Counted from the first letter of the stretch, positions 35,354 to 44,503 are shown. The stretch is 51,285 nt of DNA from Anaerolineae bacterium (GCA_034436255.1 DAOTVV010000208.1:1-51285); one strand, 5' to 3'. A program made the numbers and translations. Notes: generated from the letters alone by a model not told the origin.

Positions 35354-36400
35354 TCAGATCCGCTTGCCACGCCTGCCCGCGAACAGCAAAGTGGCGGTCA
35401 CCAAGAGCGTCAGAACCGCCAGTGCCAGGAGCTTGTACAGCCTCGGTGACACGGCAAGGTCAAGCGCCCCGAAAACGGCGCAGAACACGTAGTAGGCGAT
35501 CACAATGCTACGCTGAGGCAGGCCGGCATCGTACAAGAGAAAGTGCAGATGGCCGCGGTCGCCGACATCAGGCCGCCCGCCGCGGCGCCAGCGCCGCACG
35601 ATGGTGACGGCCGCATCAACGATGGGGATGCCAAGGACAAGAAGCACCGCCGCCACTTTGGCGCCGCCGATAATCGAGAGCGCGCCCAGAGCATAGCCGA
35701 GCACATAGGCGCCGCCGCCCATGAACACACGCGCCGGGTGAAAGTTGAACGGCAAAAAGCCCAGGCAGGCACCAGCCAGGGCAAGCGGCAACAGAGCGAC
35801 GCTCTCCTGGGCCGGCTGCAAGCGGAAGGCGGCATTGGCGAAGAGCACAAGCGAGGCGATGGCCACCACTCCGGCTGCCAGGCCATCCAGGCCATCTAGC
35901 CAGTTGACGGTGTTCATCATGCCCATCATCCAGAAGATCGTCAGGGCGCCGGCCAGCCACCAGGGAAAGTACAGGCGGGCGTCGGGACCACCAAAGGGGT
36001 TGTTCACGTATTCGATGAAGATGAGCCCGGCCATACCCACCAGAGTCGCCAGGAGTTGGCCGGCAAACTGGAGTCCAGGGCCAAGCTCATACCGGTCATC
36101 AAGGAGGCCAAGGATGAAAACCGTCGTCGTTCCGGCCAGCAACCCGGCAAGGCGCCTGGGCTCGTTTGGGTCGAGACGAGGCACGCTCAGGAACTGGGAG
36201 GCGATGACAGCAGCCACGAAGCCGCCGTAGAGAGCGATGCCACCGAGGCGCGAGATCACACCACGGTGCTGGCGCCGCCCACCGGGCCGGTCAGCGACGC
36301 CGAGTTTGATGCCGAGCCGGATGGAAAGCGGGGATAATGCCAGGCTGACGGCGAAGGCGATGGCGAAGGTCAGGGCGTAAGCCAGCCACACCCCGCTCAC
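35354..36400 (-). CDS. Polyprenyl-phosphate N-acetylhexosamine-1-phosphate transferase (MraY/WecA family, GT4)
   Basis: It has about 10-11 TM helices, NTVNWLDGLDGLAAG and a DD motif (LLDDRYEL). WecA, WbpL or TagO specificity cannot be resolved from the sequence. Confidence 0.8.
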   Translation of the reverse strand: MSGVWLAYALTFAIAFAVSLALSPLSIRLGIKLGVADRPGGRRQHRGVISRLGGIALYGGFVAAVIASQFLSVPRLDPNEPRRLAGLLAGTTTVFILGLLDDRYELGPGLQFAGQLLATLVGMAGLIFIEYVNNPFGGPDARLYFPWWLAGALTIFWMMGMMNTVNWLDGLDGLAAGVVAIASLVLFANAAFRLQPAQESVALLPLALAGACLGFLPFNFHPARVFMGGGAYVLGYALGALSIIGGAKVAAVLLVLGIPIVDAAVTIVRRWRRGGRPDVGDRGHLHFLLYDAGLPQRSIVIAYYVFCAVFGALDLAVSPRLYKLLALAVLTLLVTATLLFAGRRGKRI

Positions 36401-36438
36401 CAGACCACCCGCCGGTTCACCATCGCCGGCCCAGATGG

Positions 36439-37065
36439 CTAGCCGGTGCCGAACAGCCGGTGGCCGGCGTCGCCCAGGCCCGGGACAATGTACCCAGCCT
36501 CGTTCAAGCCGCGGTCTATCGCGGCCAGGTGGACATCAACGTCAGGGTGCATCCGCCGAAGCCTAGACACCCCTTCCGGGGCGCCAATGAGGCCGAGGAA
36601 CTTGATCCGCCCCGCGCCCCACGTCTTGAGAATGTCCACCGTGGCAACGGCGGAGCCACCAGTCGCTAGCATCGGGTCGAGCACGAGGCATACCTGCGCC
36701 GTGGGTGAGACCGGCAGGTTGCTGTAGTACTGCACGGGCTGAAGGGTCTGCTCGTCGCGGTAGAGGCCGATATGCCAGACCTCAGCCGAGGGCATCATCT
36801 CCCACAGGCCATCGAGCATCCCCAGCCCCGCTCGCAGGATGGGCACGAGGCCTACCTTCTCGGCCAGCGACCAGCCCTGGCACTCCCCCATCGGCGAGGT
36901 CACCGTGCGCTGCTCAAGGCGCAGGTCGCGTGTCGCCTCGTAGCCGATGAGCATGCTCATTTCGCGCACTAGCTCTCGGAACTTCTTGGGCTCGGTGCGT
37001 ATGTCGCGCAGCAAAGCCAGCTTATGCTGCAGAAGCGGATGCTCGCTGACATAGACTGCGCCCAT
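36439..37065 (-). CDS. upp: Uracil phosphoribosyltransferase
   Basis: Motifs [19 protein letters not shown], the PRPP motif [11 protein letters not shown] and [10 protein letters not shown] are present. The ATG at 37065 has GGAGG 4 nt upstream. Confidence 0.92.
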   Translation of the reverse strand: MGAVYVSEHPLLQHKLALLRDIRTEPKKFRELVREMSMLIGYEATRDLRLEQRTVTSPMGECQGWSLAEKVGLVPILRAGLGMLDGLWEMMPSAEVWHIGLYRDEQTLQPVQYYSNLPVSPTAQVCLVLDPMLATGGSAVATVDILKTWGAGRIKFLGLIGAPEGVSRLRRMHPDVDVHLAAIDRGLNEAGYIVPGLGDAGHRLFGTG

Positions 37066-37080
37066 ACGACCTCCAGAACG

Positions 37081-37118
37081 GCCCTCAGCCACAAGGCTCA
37101 CTGCCTCTGGCTGAGGGC
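37081..37118 (-). terminator. Hairpin (10-bp stem) between the por operon and upp
   Basis: GCCCTCAGCC (37081-37090) pairs with GGCTGAGGGC (37109-37118). The U-tract is poor. Confidence 0.4.
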
Positions 37119-37142
37119 TATGTGCTGATCACTAGCGCCGGG

Positions 37143-38096
37143 TCACGCCTCGCCGGCCAACTTGAGCAAACGCTCCCAGCGCGCGTCAACCTCGGCCTGC
37201 AGCGCCTCGATCAGGTGCTCGTTGCCTGGCCTGAACATGTGGGCAAAGCGCCCCTGCGGCTTGAGAAACTCGGAGACAGGCAACTTGTTCTTGGGCTTGT
37301 AGTTGATCTTGTACACCCCGTCCTGCACCTCGTAGAGGGGCCAGAAACAGGTGTCGACGGCCAGTTTCTGTATCTCAATCGTCGTGCTCGTGTCGTGGCG
37401 CCAGCCGCGGTTGCAGCTGGACAGCACATTGATGAACGAAGGCCCGTCCACCGCTACCGCCTTGCGCACCTTGGTCATCAGATCACGCCAGTTGTGAGGG
37501 GATGCCTGAGCCACGTACGGGATGTTGTGCGCCGCCATGATCGCTGTCAGGTCTTTGCGCGCACCGCGCTTGCCAGGTATCACCTTGCCCGCAGGGGACG
37601 TAGTCGTAGCGGCGCCCTGAGGGGTGGCGCTGGAGCGCTGGATGCCCGTGTTCATGTAGGCCTCATTGTCGTAGCACACATAGAGCATGCGATGGCCTCG
37701 CTCCATCGCGCCGGACAGCGCTTGCAGCCCGATGTCATAGGTACCGCCGTCACCACCGAAGGCAACGAAGCGGATGTTGCGCTCCTCCAGCTTGCCCTGG
37801 CGCACCAGCGAGCGGTAAGCCGCCTCTGCCCCCGAGCACGTGGAAGCTGAGTTCTCGAAAGCATTGTGCATGAACGGCACGTTCCAGGCCGTCTGCGGGA
37901 AGATCGTCGTGGACACTTCCAGGCAGCCGGTGGCGCAGAAAGTTACCACTGGCTCGTCTATCGCCATGAGCACTTGCTTGACCACAATAGGTGCGGCACA
38001 GCCCGGGCACAGACGGTGTCCAGGGCTGAGGCGATCAGGCTTGCTCGAAAGGTCCTTCAGTATCAGTCGCGTCGGTGTAACCGTTCCCGTCGCCAT
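37143..38096 (-). CDS. porB: 2-oxoacid:ferredoxin oxidoreductase beta subunit (TPP-binding; pyruvate/ketoisovalerate type)
   Basis: It has CPGCG..., the TPP motif GGDGGTYDIG and ...NE.YMNTG.Q.S. Confidence 0.9.
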   Translation of the reverse strand: MATGTVTPTRLILKDLSSKPDRLSPGHRLCPGCAAPIVVKQVLMAIDEPVVTFCATGCLEVSTTIFPQTAWNVPFMHNAFENSASTCSGAEAAYRSLVRQGKLEERNIRFVAFGGDGGTYDIGLQALSGAMERGHRMLYVCYDNEAYMNTGIQRSSATPQGAATTTSPAGKVIPGKRGARKDLTAIMAAHNIPYVAQASPHNWRDLMTKVRKAVAVDGPSFINVLSSCNRGWRHDTSTTIEIQKLAVDTCFWPLYEVQDGVYKINYKPKNKLPVSEFLKPQGRFAHMFRPGNEHLIEALQAEVDARWERLLKLAGEA

Positions 38097-38106
38097 TTCT
38101 AACTCC

Positions 38107-39300
38107 TCACTCCCTTACACCAAGATAGGTGACCAGGTCGCCGGTCTTGCCCGTGCCGGCCACATCGAACAGGCGCCGATACACCCCTTCTATCTGCGAC
38201 GGGACGATGTCCCTGCCGCCCAGGCCGAAGACATAGTCTACCATCGGGGTGCGCTGGGCGGGCCCGTATACCTGGAAGGCGGCCGCCGTCTCGAGGAAGA
38301 GCGGGCCAGCACACCCCATGGCGCCATATGAGGCAGACCGGTCCAAAATCGCGATGGCCTTGACGTGCTTGAGCGCATCAACGAACTCGGGGCCCGGGAA
38401 GGGGCGGAAAACACGCGGCTTGAGCAGGCCAACCTTCATGCCCTTCGCCCGCAGATCGTCCACCACGACCTTCGTCGTGCCAGCAGTCGAGGACATGACC
38501 ACAATGGCCACCTCGGCATCTTCGAGGCGGTAGGCCTCGAACAGGCCGTAGTTGCGGTTGAAGCGCTTGTTGAACTCAGCCGCTACCTCAAGGATGACAT
38601 CTTTGGCGTGGCTCAGGGCCTCGATCTGAGCCCGGCGATGCTCGAAGTAGTAGTCATAGAAATCAAGCGCGCCATACGTGACCGGCTTGTCCACGTCCAG
38701 TAGAGAGTAGACGGGCTTGTACGCCCCGACAAAGTCCTTGACGTCGCTATCGTCGAAGACTTCGACCCGCTCCTCCGCATGGCTGGTGATGAACCCGTCC
38801 TGGCATACGGCGACCGGGGCAAGTAGATCCGGGTGCTCGGCGATACGCACGGCCTGCACCATGTTATCGTACGCTTCCTGGGGCGATTCCGAGAAGAGTT
38901 GCACCCAGCCGTTGTCCCGCATGCCCATGCTGTCCGAATGGTCGCCATGGATATTGATCGGGCCGGAGAGGGCACGGTTGGCGATCATCATGACGATGGG
39001 TAGGCGCATTGAGGCAGCGATATAGGTGATCTCCCACATATAGGCCAGGCCGCAGGACGAGGTCGCAGTCATGACGCGCGCCCCCGCCGCCGCAGCACCG
39101 ACACAAGCGCTCATGGCGCTGTGCTCGCTCTCGACCGTGACGAATTCAGTGTCTACCTTGCCATCGGCCACAAACTGCGAGAAGACCTGCACTACCTCCG
39201 TCTGGGGCGTGATCGGGTAAGCCGCGACTACATCCGGGTTTACCTGGCGCATGGCCTCAGCGACGGCCTGGTTACCATCAAGGGCCTTGAACTCGCTCAC
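38107..39300 (-). CDS. porA: 2-oxoacid:ferredoxin oxidoreductase alpha subunit
   Basis: The N-terminus shows the G.AVAEA...DVVAAYPITPQTE pattern. The length is 397 aa. An ATGA overlap couples it to the delta subunit. Confidence 0.9.
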   Translation of the reverse strand: MSEFKALDGNQAVAEAMRQVNPDVVAAYPITPQTEVVQVFSQFVADGKVDTEFVTVESEHSAMSACVGAAAAGARVMTATSSCGLAYMWEITYIAASMRLPIVMMIANRALSGPINIHGDHSDSMGMRDNGWVQLFSESPQEAYDNMVQAVRIAEHPDLLAPVAVCQDGFITSHAEERVEVFDDSDVKDFVGAYKPVYSLLDVDKPVTYGALDFYDYYFEHRRAQIEALSHAKDVILEVAAEFNKRFNRNYGLFEAYRLEDAEVAIVVMSSTAGTTKVVVDDLRAKGMKVGLLKPRVFRPFPGPEFVDALKHVKAIAILDRSASYGAMGCAGPLFLETAAAFQVYGPAQRTPMVDYVFGLGGRDIVPSQIEGVYRRLFDVAGTGKTGDLVTYLGVRE

Positions 39301-39611
39301 TTCGACTCCTCCTTCTCCGCCCTTGCTGCCTCAGCTTCGGTCTTCATCTCGATGGCGTCAACCGGGCAGATGTTGGCGCAGATGCCGCAGCCCTTGCAGT
39401 GGTAAAGGTCGAAGCCGACCATTTTCTGTGCCTCCACCTTCACGCTCATATCCGGGCAAAAGATCCAGCACTGCAGGCAGTTGGTGCACTTGTTCTTGTC
39501 AACGACGGGGCGGAAGGCTCGCCAAGCGCCAGTATTCAGTTCGCTGGCGTTACCGGCCTCCTCTATGACCCCGCCGATCGGGAGGTCTCTCCATCCCATC
39601 AGTTTCGGCAT
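39297..39611 (-). CDS. porD: 2-oxoacid:ferredoxin oxidoreductase delta subunit (2x[4Fe-4S] ferredoxin)
   Basis: Two CxxCxxCxxxCP motifs are present: CTNCLQCWIFCP and CKGCGICANICP. Confidence 0.9.
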   Translation of the reverse strand: MPKLMGWRDLPIGGVIEEAGNASELNTGAWRAFRPVVDKNKCTNCLQCWIFCPDMSVKVEAQKMVGFDLYHCKGCGICANICPVDAIEMKTEAEAARAEKEESK

Positions 39612-39658
39612 GACTATCCTCCGATGCTCTCGTAGTTGCTTGCGGTTCCCGGCGGGCC

Positions 39659-40237
39659 TCAGCCCTCTTGCACGCTCTCGTAGGCCTGCTGCAATGCCTT
39701 CACGTTCGCCTCGACAATCTCTGGGCGAAGCTTCTTGCCAAACTGGCGACGCACATCGCTCACGAGGCTTTCGAGCGGGAAGATGCCCGTCGCTTTGGCG
39801 AAGGCACCCAGCATGGGTGTGTTGGTGATCTCACGCCCGAAAGCCTCGATGGCGATTCGGCTCGCATCCACGGCAAAGACGCGCACGGGTTTGCCGTCCA
39901 AACCCAGCTTCGTTCGCAGCGCCTTTGGCGACTCGCTCGTGTTCACCAAGATCGTGCCGTTCTCGCGCAGGCCCTCGGTGACGTCAATCAGGTCAAGCAG
40001 CGTCGGGTCGAGCACGAGCACTACATCAGGGTGCTCAATCTGGCTGTGGATACGGATCGGCTCCGGGCTGAGGCGGGTGTAGGCACGGATGGGAGCCCCC
40101 ATGCGCTCTGGCCCGTAGTCAGGGAAGGCCTGGAAGTACTGGCCGGTGCCCAGTGCCGTCTCGCCCAAGAGCTTGGCGGCAGTCACCAATCCCTGGCCAG
40201 CCCTGCCGTGCCAGCGGATCTCGGTAAGGTTATTCAT
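39659..40237 (-). CDS. porG: 2-oxoacid:ferredoxin oxidoreductase gamma subunit
   Basis: The EIRWHGRAGQG..TA pattern is typical of the gamma subunit. An AGGAGG RBS lies upstream. Confidence 0.88.
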   Translation of the reverse strand: MNNLTEIRWHGRAGQGLVTAAKLLGETALGTGQYFQAFPDYGPERMGAPIRAYTRLSPEPIRIHSQIEHPDVVLVLDPTLLDLIDVTEGLRENGTILVNTSESPKALRTKLGLDGKPVRVFAVDASRIAIEAFGREITNTPMLGAFAKATGIFPLESLVSDVRRQFGKKLRPEIVEANVKALQQAYESVQEG

Positions 40238-40460
40238 CCTGACCTCCTAGTGTGAGGTACGGCGCGCGCTGCCCGGTGGCAGTTGCCTGTACCCCCGAAA
40301 TGATCACCGTGGCCGGCGCGCGCTTCCTGGCGTGAAAACGGGTTAGGTCACCACGGGCGCCCTAACCCGGCTGCAAACAGCAGTCTGACTCTGGGAAAGG
40401 CCCGCAAGGCCGTTTCCAGGCGCGCCTAAGGCCCCCTGCCAAGCACGCGCACCAAAGACC
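40238..40460 (-). promoter_or_regulatory. Long (~220 nt) structured 5' leader of the por operon, or an independent ~125-nt small RNA
   Basis: It lies between the predicted TSS (about 40460) and the porG ATG. It contains an imperfect long hairpin (plus-strand 40391-40420) and a terminator-like hairpin (40339-40369) followed by UUUUCA on the minus strand. Confidence 0.4.
40333..40369 (-). terminator. Terminator/attenuator-like hairpin inside the por leader
   Basis: On the minus strand the sequence reads CGGGTTAGG, a 13-nt loop, CCTAACCCG, then TTTTCA. The U-run is present only in the minus-strand orientation. Confidence 0.4.
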
Positions 40461-40466
40461 ACCGCG

Positions 40467-40495
40467 ATTCTACTAGCCAGAGGTGCACCTGTCAA
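40467..40495 (-). promoter_or_regulatory. Predicted por promoter: TTGACA, 17-nt spacer, TAGAAT (minus strand)
   Basis: A perfect -35 corresponds to plus-strand 40490-40495 and the -10 to plus-strand 40467-40472. Confidence 0.55.
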
Positions 40496-40523
40496 AGCAC
40501 CCCGCCAGCCAAGCTGCCAGCCA

Positions 40524-40552
40524 TTGGCAGGCAACGGCGGAATACGTACAAT
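40524..40552 (+). promoter_or_regulatory. Predicted divergent promoter: TTGGCA, 17-nt spacer, TACAAT
   Basis: The hexamers are at 40524-40529 and 40547-40552. AGGAGG (40573-40578) lies 8 nt before the ATG at 40587. The -35 sits in the palindrome TGCCAgccatTGGCA. Confidence 0.55.
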
Positions 40553-40586
40553 GTGCGCGCTGGATAGGCAGCAGGAGGTCGCGACA

Positions 40587-41411
40587 ATGCCAGATACCCC
40601 GATCATTGACATGCATCACCACCTTGGCGACAGCCCCGACTACGCCGACAGGCTGGCAGCCACTTGTGAGCGCCTGGGAATCGTGAAGGTCTGTGTAATG
40701 GCCATTGAGAGCGGTGCTCACATGGCTGGCTTCGGCGGCAATGCCGATGTCGAGGCTGCCTTTCGCAGGCACCCCAAGACCATTCTCGGTTTCGGCCATG
40801 TCCGACTGGGCATAGACGGGCCAGAGAAGGTAGCCGAGTTGAAGGACCGCGGCTTCACCGGCTTGAAGTTCATCATCCCGCCAAAGGCATACAACGACGA
40901 GTCATTCTTCCCCATCTACGAGAAGGCAGAGGCACTTGGCATGCCGGGCTTGTTCCACCTGGGCATAGTGGCTCGCCAGGAACAGGGCCACCATGTGCGC
41001 GTGGACTGCGGCCTCATGCGCCCGATCCACCTGGACTCGATCGCCCGCACCTTCCCGGACTGGAAGATCATCGGCGCCCACCTCGGCAACCCCTTCTACG
41101 AGGAAGCTACCATGTCGGCCCGGTGGAACCCCAACCTATTCTTCGATCTGTCAGGCTCCACCCTCAAGGCGCATCGGCCGGAGCAGATCAGCGAGTTGCT
41201 CTGGTGGGATAGCACCACACGTTACGGCAGCCCCGACGGCACTGCCGCCTGGGAGAAGATCGTCTTTGGCAGCGACGTGGATTACTTCGAGATCAAGGAC
41301 GTACTTCACGACTACGAGGTCCTGATGCGCTCGGCCAACGTCCGCCCCGAATGGCGGGCAGCAGTGCGCTATCGCACGGCGGCACGCATCTTGGGCTTGG
41401 AACTGGCATGA
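40587..41411 (+). CDS. Amidohydrolase-2 (COG2159-type TIM-barrel metal-dependent hydrolase)
   Basis: Motifs MPDTPIIDMHHHLG, FHLG, GAHLG and FGSD are present. The ATG at 40587 is supported by both the RBS and the promoter. Confidence 0.8.
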   Translation: MPDTPIIDMHHHLGDSPDYADRLAATCERLGIVKVCVMAIESGAHMAGFGGNADVEAAFRRHPKTILGFGHVRLGIDGPEKVAELKDRGFTGLKFIIPPKAYNDESFFPIYEKAEALGMPGLFHLGIVARQEQGHHVRVDCGLMRPIHLDSIARTFPDWKIIGAHLGNPFYEEATMSARWNPNLFFDLSGSTLKAHRPEQISELLWWDSTTRYGSPDGTAAWEKIVFGSDVDYFEIKDVLHDYEVLMRSANVRPEWRAAVRYRTAARILGLELA

Positions 41412-41902
41412 AGGTCGCCATCGTCTACCACTCTGAAAGCGGCAACACGGCACGGATGGCCGAGCTCGTCGCCGACGGTTGCCGATCGGTCGGCGACAGC
41501 GTGGAAGTGCGGCTGATGACGGTTGACGCCCCTGACGCCGAGTACCTGCGCCAATGCAAGGCGATTATCTTTGGCAGCCCCACCTATGAGGCGACCTGCT
41601 CCTGGCAGATGAAGCGCTACCTGGACACAGCCGGCTCGGAGTTGGCGGGCAAGCTAGCCGGGTTCTTCGTCTCCCAGAACTGGCCCGGAGGTGGTGGGGG
41701 CAGCCTGGCGGAGATGACCATGATCGCCGCAGCCTTGGTTCGTGGTATGCTGGTGTATTCTGGCGGCATCACGCAAGGCCTTCCCTACCTGCATCTGGGC
41801 GCCGTCTCTTGCCGTGCCCCGGAGGACCGGCTTTATCGGGACCGCTGCCTGCACCTGGGCCGTGTCATTACACTCAAAGCAATGGAGTTGTTCCCCGAAT
41901 GA
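41408..41902 (+). CDS. Flavodoxin-like fold protein (WrbA/NADPH-dependent FMN reductase-like)
   Basis: MKVAIVYHSESGNT is the FMN phosphate-binding loop, and IIFGSPTY is present. An ATGA overlap couples it to the upstream gene. Confidence 0.8.
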   Translation: MKVAIVYHSESGNTARMAELVADGCRSVGDSVEVRLMTVDAPDAEYLRQCKAIIFGSPTYEATCSWQMKRYLDTAGSELAGKLAGFFVSQNWPGGGGGSLAEMTMIAAALVRGMLVYSGGITQGLPYLHLGAVSCRAPEDRLYRDRCLHLGRVITLKAMELFPE

Positions 41903-43125
41903 GTATCACTATTACCGTACCGGACCTGCCGCCAGGCTACGAGCTTCGCGGCGCTACCGAGGCCGAGATCCCAGCTATCACCGTGATCAATGAGGGCATC
42001 TTTCACCAGCCGCGCGAGTTCTTCGTAGCCCGCTACCGCAATTACCCCGGGGCGATGGCGGAGCATTCACGAATTGTGCTCTATGACGGCCGCCCCGTCT
42101 CTCACATCCGGCTGTACCAGCATCCTCTCAGCCTCTGCGGCGCCACAGTGAACGCCTGGGCAATCGGCGACGTCTGCACCCTGCCCGAATTCCGGCACAA
42201 AGGGCTGGGCAGTGCTCTCCTCCAGGACTGCGCCCGCTACACCAGGGCCCAGGGCAGCCCCTTGCTCATGGTGCACGCCGGACGCTGGGGCTTCTACGAG
42301 AACTTCGGTTGGGACAGCGTCCTGCTTCCTGCCCTCAAGCTGGATGTGAACGCCTTCCCGCTCGAGGCCTTGCCCGACGAAGGATACCTGACACGGTCGT
42401 TCGGAGAACCGGGCGACTTGTGGCAAGTGGCCGCAGTGCACAGCCAATACATCCGTGGCCGCAGCCTGATCCGCCAGCGTGACCTGTACTACTGGAACAA
42501 CCAGCACATATGGGACGAGGTCGGTACCAACCTGGGCTTCATCCTGGTCGAGAAGCGGGGGCAAGTCGTGGCTTACGCGCGCATGTGGCGCGACGGCGAT
42601 ATTGTCGAATCCGCTTATCTGCCCGACGAGGAACGTGCAGCGCTGGTCTCGTTCCAGCGCCTGATTCGCCAAGCGCGGTTGCTCAAGTACCCGGCCGTCT
42701 CCGGCCAACTCCCTGCTGATCACCCGATCTGGCGTGCGACGCAGGACCTGCCAGGGGTCGAGCGCACGGACGACGACCAGGTCATGTTGCGTGTTCTCGA
42801 CCTGCATGGGCTCTTTTCCGCAATCCTGCCCGCCCTGAGCGATCACCTCAGGGCCTCCCGCACCCCTCTCTCTGGTCCGGTCAGCTTCCGCTGCCTCGGG
42901 GACGAGGCGACATTAATGCCCAGGCAGGGCTACCTTGAACTCGGGGGCCCTTGCGCTGACAGCCGCGTAGTAGACCTGACTCAGGCCGAGCTGGTTGCCA
43001 TTCTGGCAGGCACAGTGGCGCCATCCAAGGCTCTGGCCGGCAAAGGCGATGCTTCACTCCTGGCGGAACTGGACGCCCTGTTCCCTGCCAGCAATGCCGT
43101 GTACTTTGTCGCCGATTTCGTCTAG
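41899..43125 (+). CDS. Eis-like GNAT acetyltransferase (GNAT + second GNAT-like + SCP2-like C-terminal domain)
   Basis: It has the acetyl-CoA motif FRHKGLGSALL and is about 408 aa, the length typical of the Eis family. An ATGA overlap couples it to the upstream gene. Confidence 0.65.
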   Translation: MSITITVPDLPPGYELRGATEAEIPAITVINEGIFHQPREFFVARYRNYPGAMAEHSRIVLYDGRPVSHIRLYQHPLSLCGATVNAWAIGDVCTLPEFRHKGLGSALLQDCARYTRAQGSPLLMVHAGRWGFYENFGWDSVLLPALKLDVNAFPLEALPDEGYLTRSFGEPGDLWQVAAVHSQYIRGRSLIRQRDLYYWNNQHIWDEVGTNLGFILVEKRGQVVAYARMWRDGDIVESAYLPDEERAALVSFQRLIRQARLLKYPAVSGQLPADHPIWRATQDLPGVERTDDDQVMLRVLDLHGLFSAILPALSDHLRASRTPLSGPVSFRCLGDEATLMPRQGYLELGGPCADSRVVDLTQAELVAILAGTVAPSKALAGKGDASLLAELDALFPASNAVYFVADFV

Positions 43126-43154
43126 AGGGCGCGCCACTGCGCCTCTGCCAGTGT

Positions 43155-43186
43155 CGAGCCCCGGTACCGCGCGGTGTCGGGGCTCG
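43155..43186. terminator. Hairpin between convergent genes (9-bp stem)
   Basis: CGAGCCCCG (43155-43163) pairs with CGGGGCTCG (43178-43186), with a 14-nt loop. Confidence 0.45.
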
Positions 43187-43190
43187 ATCG

Positions 43191-44339
43191 TCAGCGCGGC
43201 ATCGGCGGCTCGCAGTAGGGCTCGTTGGGGAGCAGCCCCTCGTCCATGATCTCCTCGATCTCGACGATGCGGCCCTCTTTGATGCTGCGCTCCGCCGCGA
43301 AGGCAGGCAACATGGACTCGCGCCCGACGACGCCATCGGCGTAGGTCGGCCGGCGTGTGCGCACGCATTCGAGGAACTCCACGTGCTCCTGCATACCTCC
43401 AGCGTGCGCCAGGGCCTTGGCATCCTGTTCGTCTTTCATGTCGTGGGTCTGGCTCTCTGCCGTACGCCCACCCGTGAATGTGATCGTGCCCTCGTCCACG
43501 TGGGACACCATCTTGCGCCCGTTCCAGCCGATGCCGCCTATCTCCAGGGGGAAGCCAAGTGACAGGTCCGCCGGCCGTAGGGCGAGGTTCAAGCTGAGAT
43601 GAGCGGTGATGCCGTCGCCGTAGTCGAGGATGATCTCGGCATGGTCCACGTTGTCGCCGTAGTCTATCACCGCCGGCTTCAGGCCCGGCCATTCGCAATA
43701 GTAATCGCCACCGGGCACAAGCACCGACCGGGCACCGAAGGCGCAGACGCGCTTGGCTCGGCGTTCCAGCATCCAATTGAAGATGTCGAAGTGGTGGCAA
43801 TCCTTCTCGACGATGGCACCACCCGTCTTCTCCTGGGAGTGATACCAGGGGATTGGCGGGAAAGAGAGGCGGTGCTCGATGCACCACATCATGAGGATCC
43901 TGCCCAACTCCTGCTGCTCCGCAAGCAGGCGCTTCATGCCTCGGAAGAAGCTGGCATAGCGATAGACCAGGCCGATCTGCAGCAGCTTCCCTGCCTGACG
44001 CCCGGCCAAAATGATCTCGTCGGTGTCGCGAAGGTTGGTCGCCATCGGCTTCTCGAGAAACAGGTCCTTGTCCGCGGCGAACACATCCAGGGCGACGGCC
44101 TTGTGGCGAAACTCGGGAACGGCGACGAAGACGGCCTGTATATCGTCCCGCTTCAGGAGTTCGTGGTAGTCCTTGTAGCCCTTGGCTTTGCCGCCCGTAC
44201 GCTCGACAGCAGCCTGCAACTTGCCCTCGTCCAGGTCCGCCACAGCGACGACCTCGGCGCCCTCGTCCAGAAGCAGACAGCGTAGATGCTCACTGCCCAT
44301 GCCGCCGACGCCGATCAGGCCCAACCTCACTTTGTCCAT
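43191..44339 (-). CDS. Gfo/Idh/MocA-family NAD(P)-dependent oxidoreductase
   Basis: MDKVRLGLIGVGGMGSEH is a Rossmann N-terminus, and EKP (FLEKPMA) is present. The ATG at 44339 has GAGGAG upstream. Confidence 0.85.
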   Translation of the reverse strand: MDKVRLGLIGVGGMGSEHLRCLLLDEGAEVVAVADLDEGKLQAAVERTGGKAKGYKDYHELLKRDDIQAVFVAVPEFRHKAVALDVFAADKDLFLEKPMATNLRDTDEIILAGRQAGKLLQIGLVYRYASFFRGMKRLLAEQQELGRILMMWCIEHRLSFPPIPWYHSQEKTGGAIVEKDCHHFDIFNWMLERRAKRVCAFGARSVLVPGGDYYCEWPGLKPAVIDYGDNVDHAEIILDYGDGITAHLSLNLALRPADLSLGFPLEIGGIGWNGRKMVSHVDEGTITFTGGRTAESQTHDMKDEQDAKALAHAGGMQEHVEFLECVRTRRPTYADGVVGRESMLPAFAAERSIKEGRIVEIEEIMDEGLLPNEPYCEPPMPR

Positions 44340-44503
44340 GTTCGTGCGCTCCTCACTGGTAGGATAACTCAGCCAATCTAGCAACTGCGCCGCGCCCGGT
44401 CAAAGCGCTGGCAGCGCGCTGCCAGGCCAAGCTCCAGGCCGGCAAGCGTGGGCTAACCAAGCCAGACATGCGCATTCTGCCAGTTCTCTGCTATAAGAGG
44501 CCT

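Noticed and set aside
40333-40460. The por leader region, tested by eye as SRP (4.5S) RNA, 6S RNA or a TPP riboswitch.
   Set aside because: It lacks the SRP domain IV signature (GGUCCGGAAGGAAGCAGCC-like symmetric loop with GNRA). It lacks the THI-box (CUGAGA...ACCUGAUCUGGAUAAUGCCAGCG-like). It is too short for 6S RNA. I keep it only as an unclassified structured leader.
43054-43887. A 277-aa minus-strand ORF in an alternative frame of the Gfo/Idh/MocA oxidoreductase gene.
   Set aside because: It is an out-of-frame overlap with a gene that has a clear Rossmann N-terminus and full-length family similarity. The alternative product is Arg/Pro/Gly-rich low complexity.
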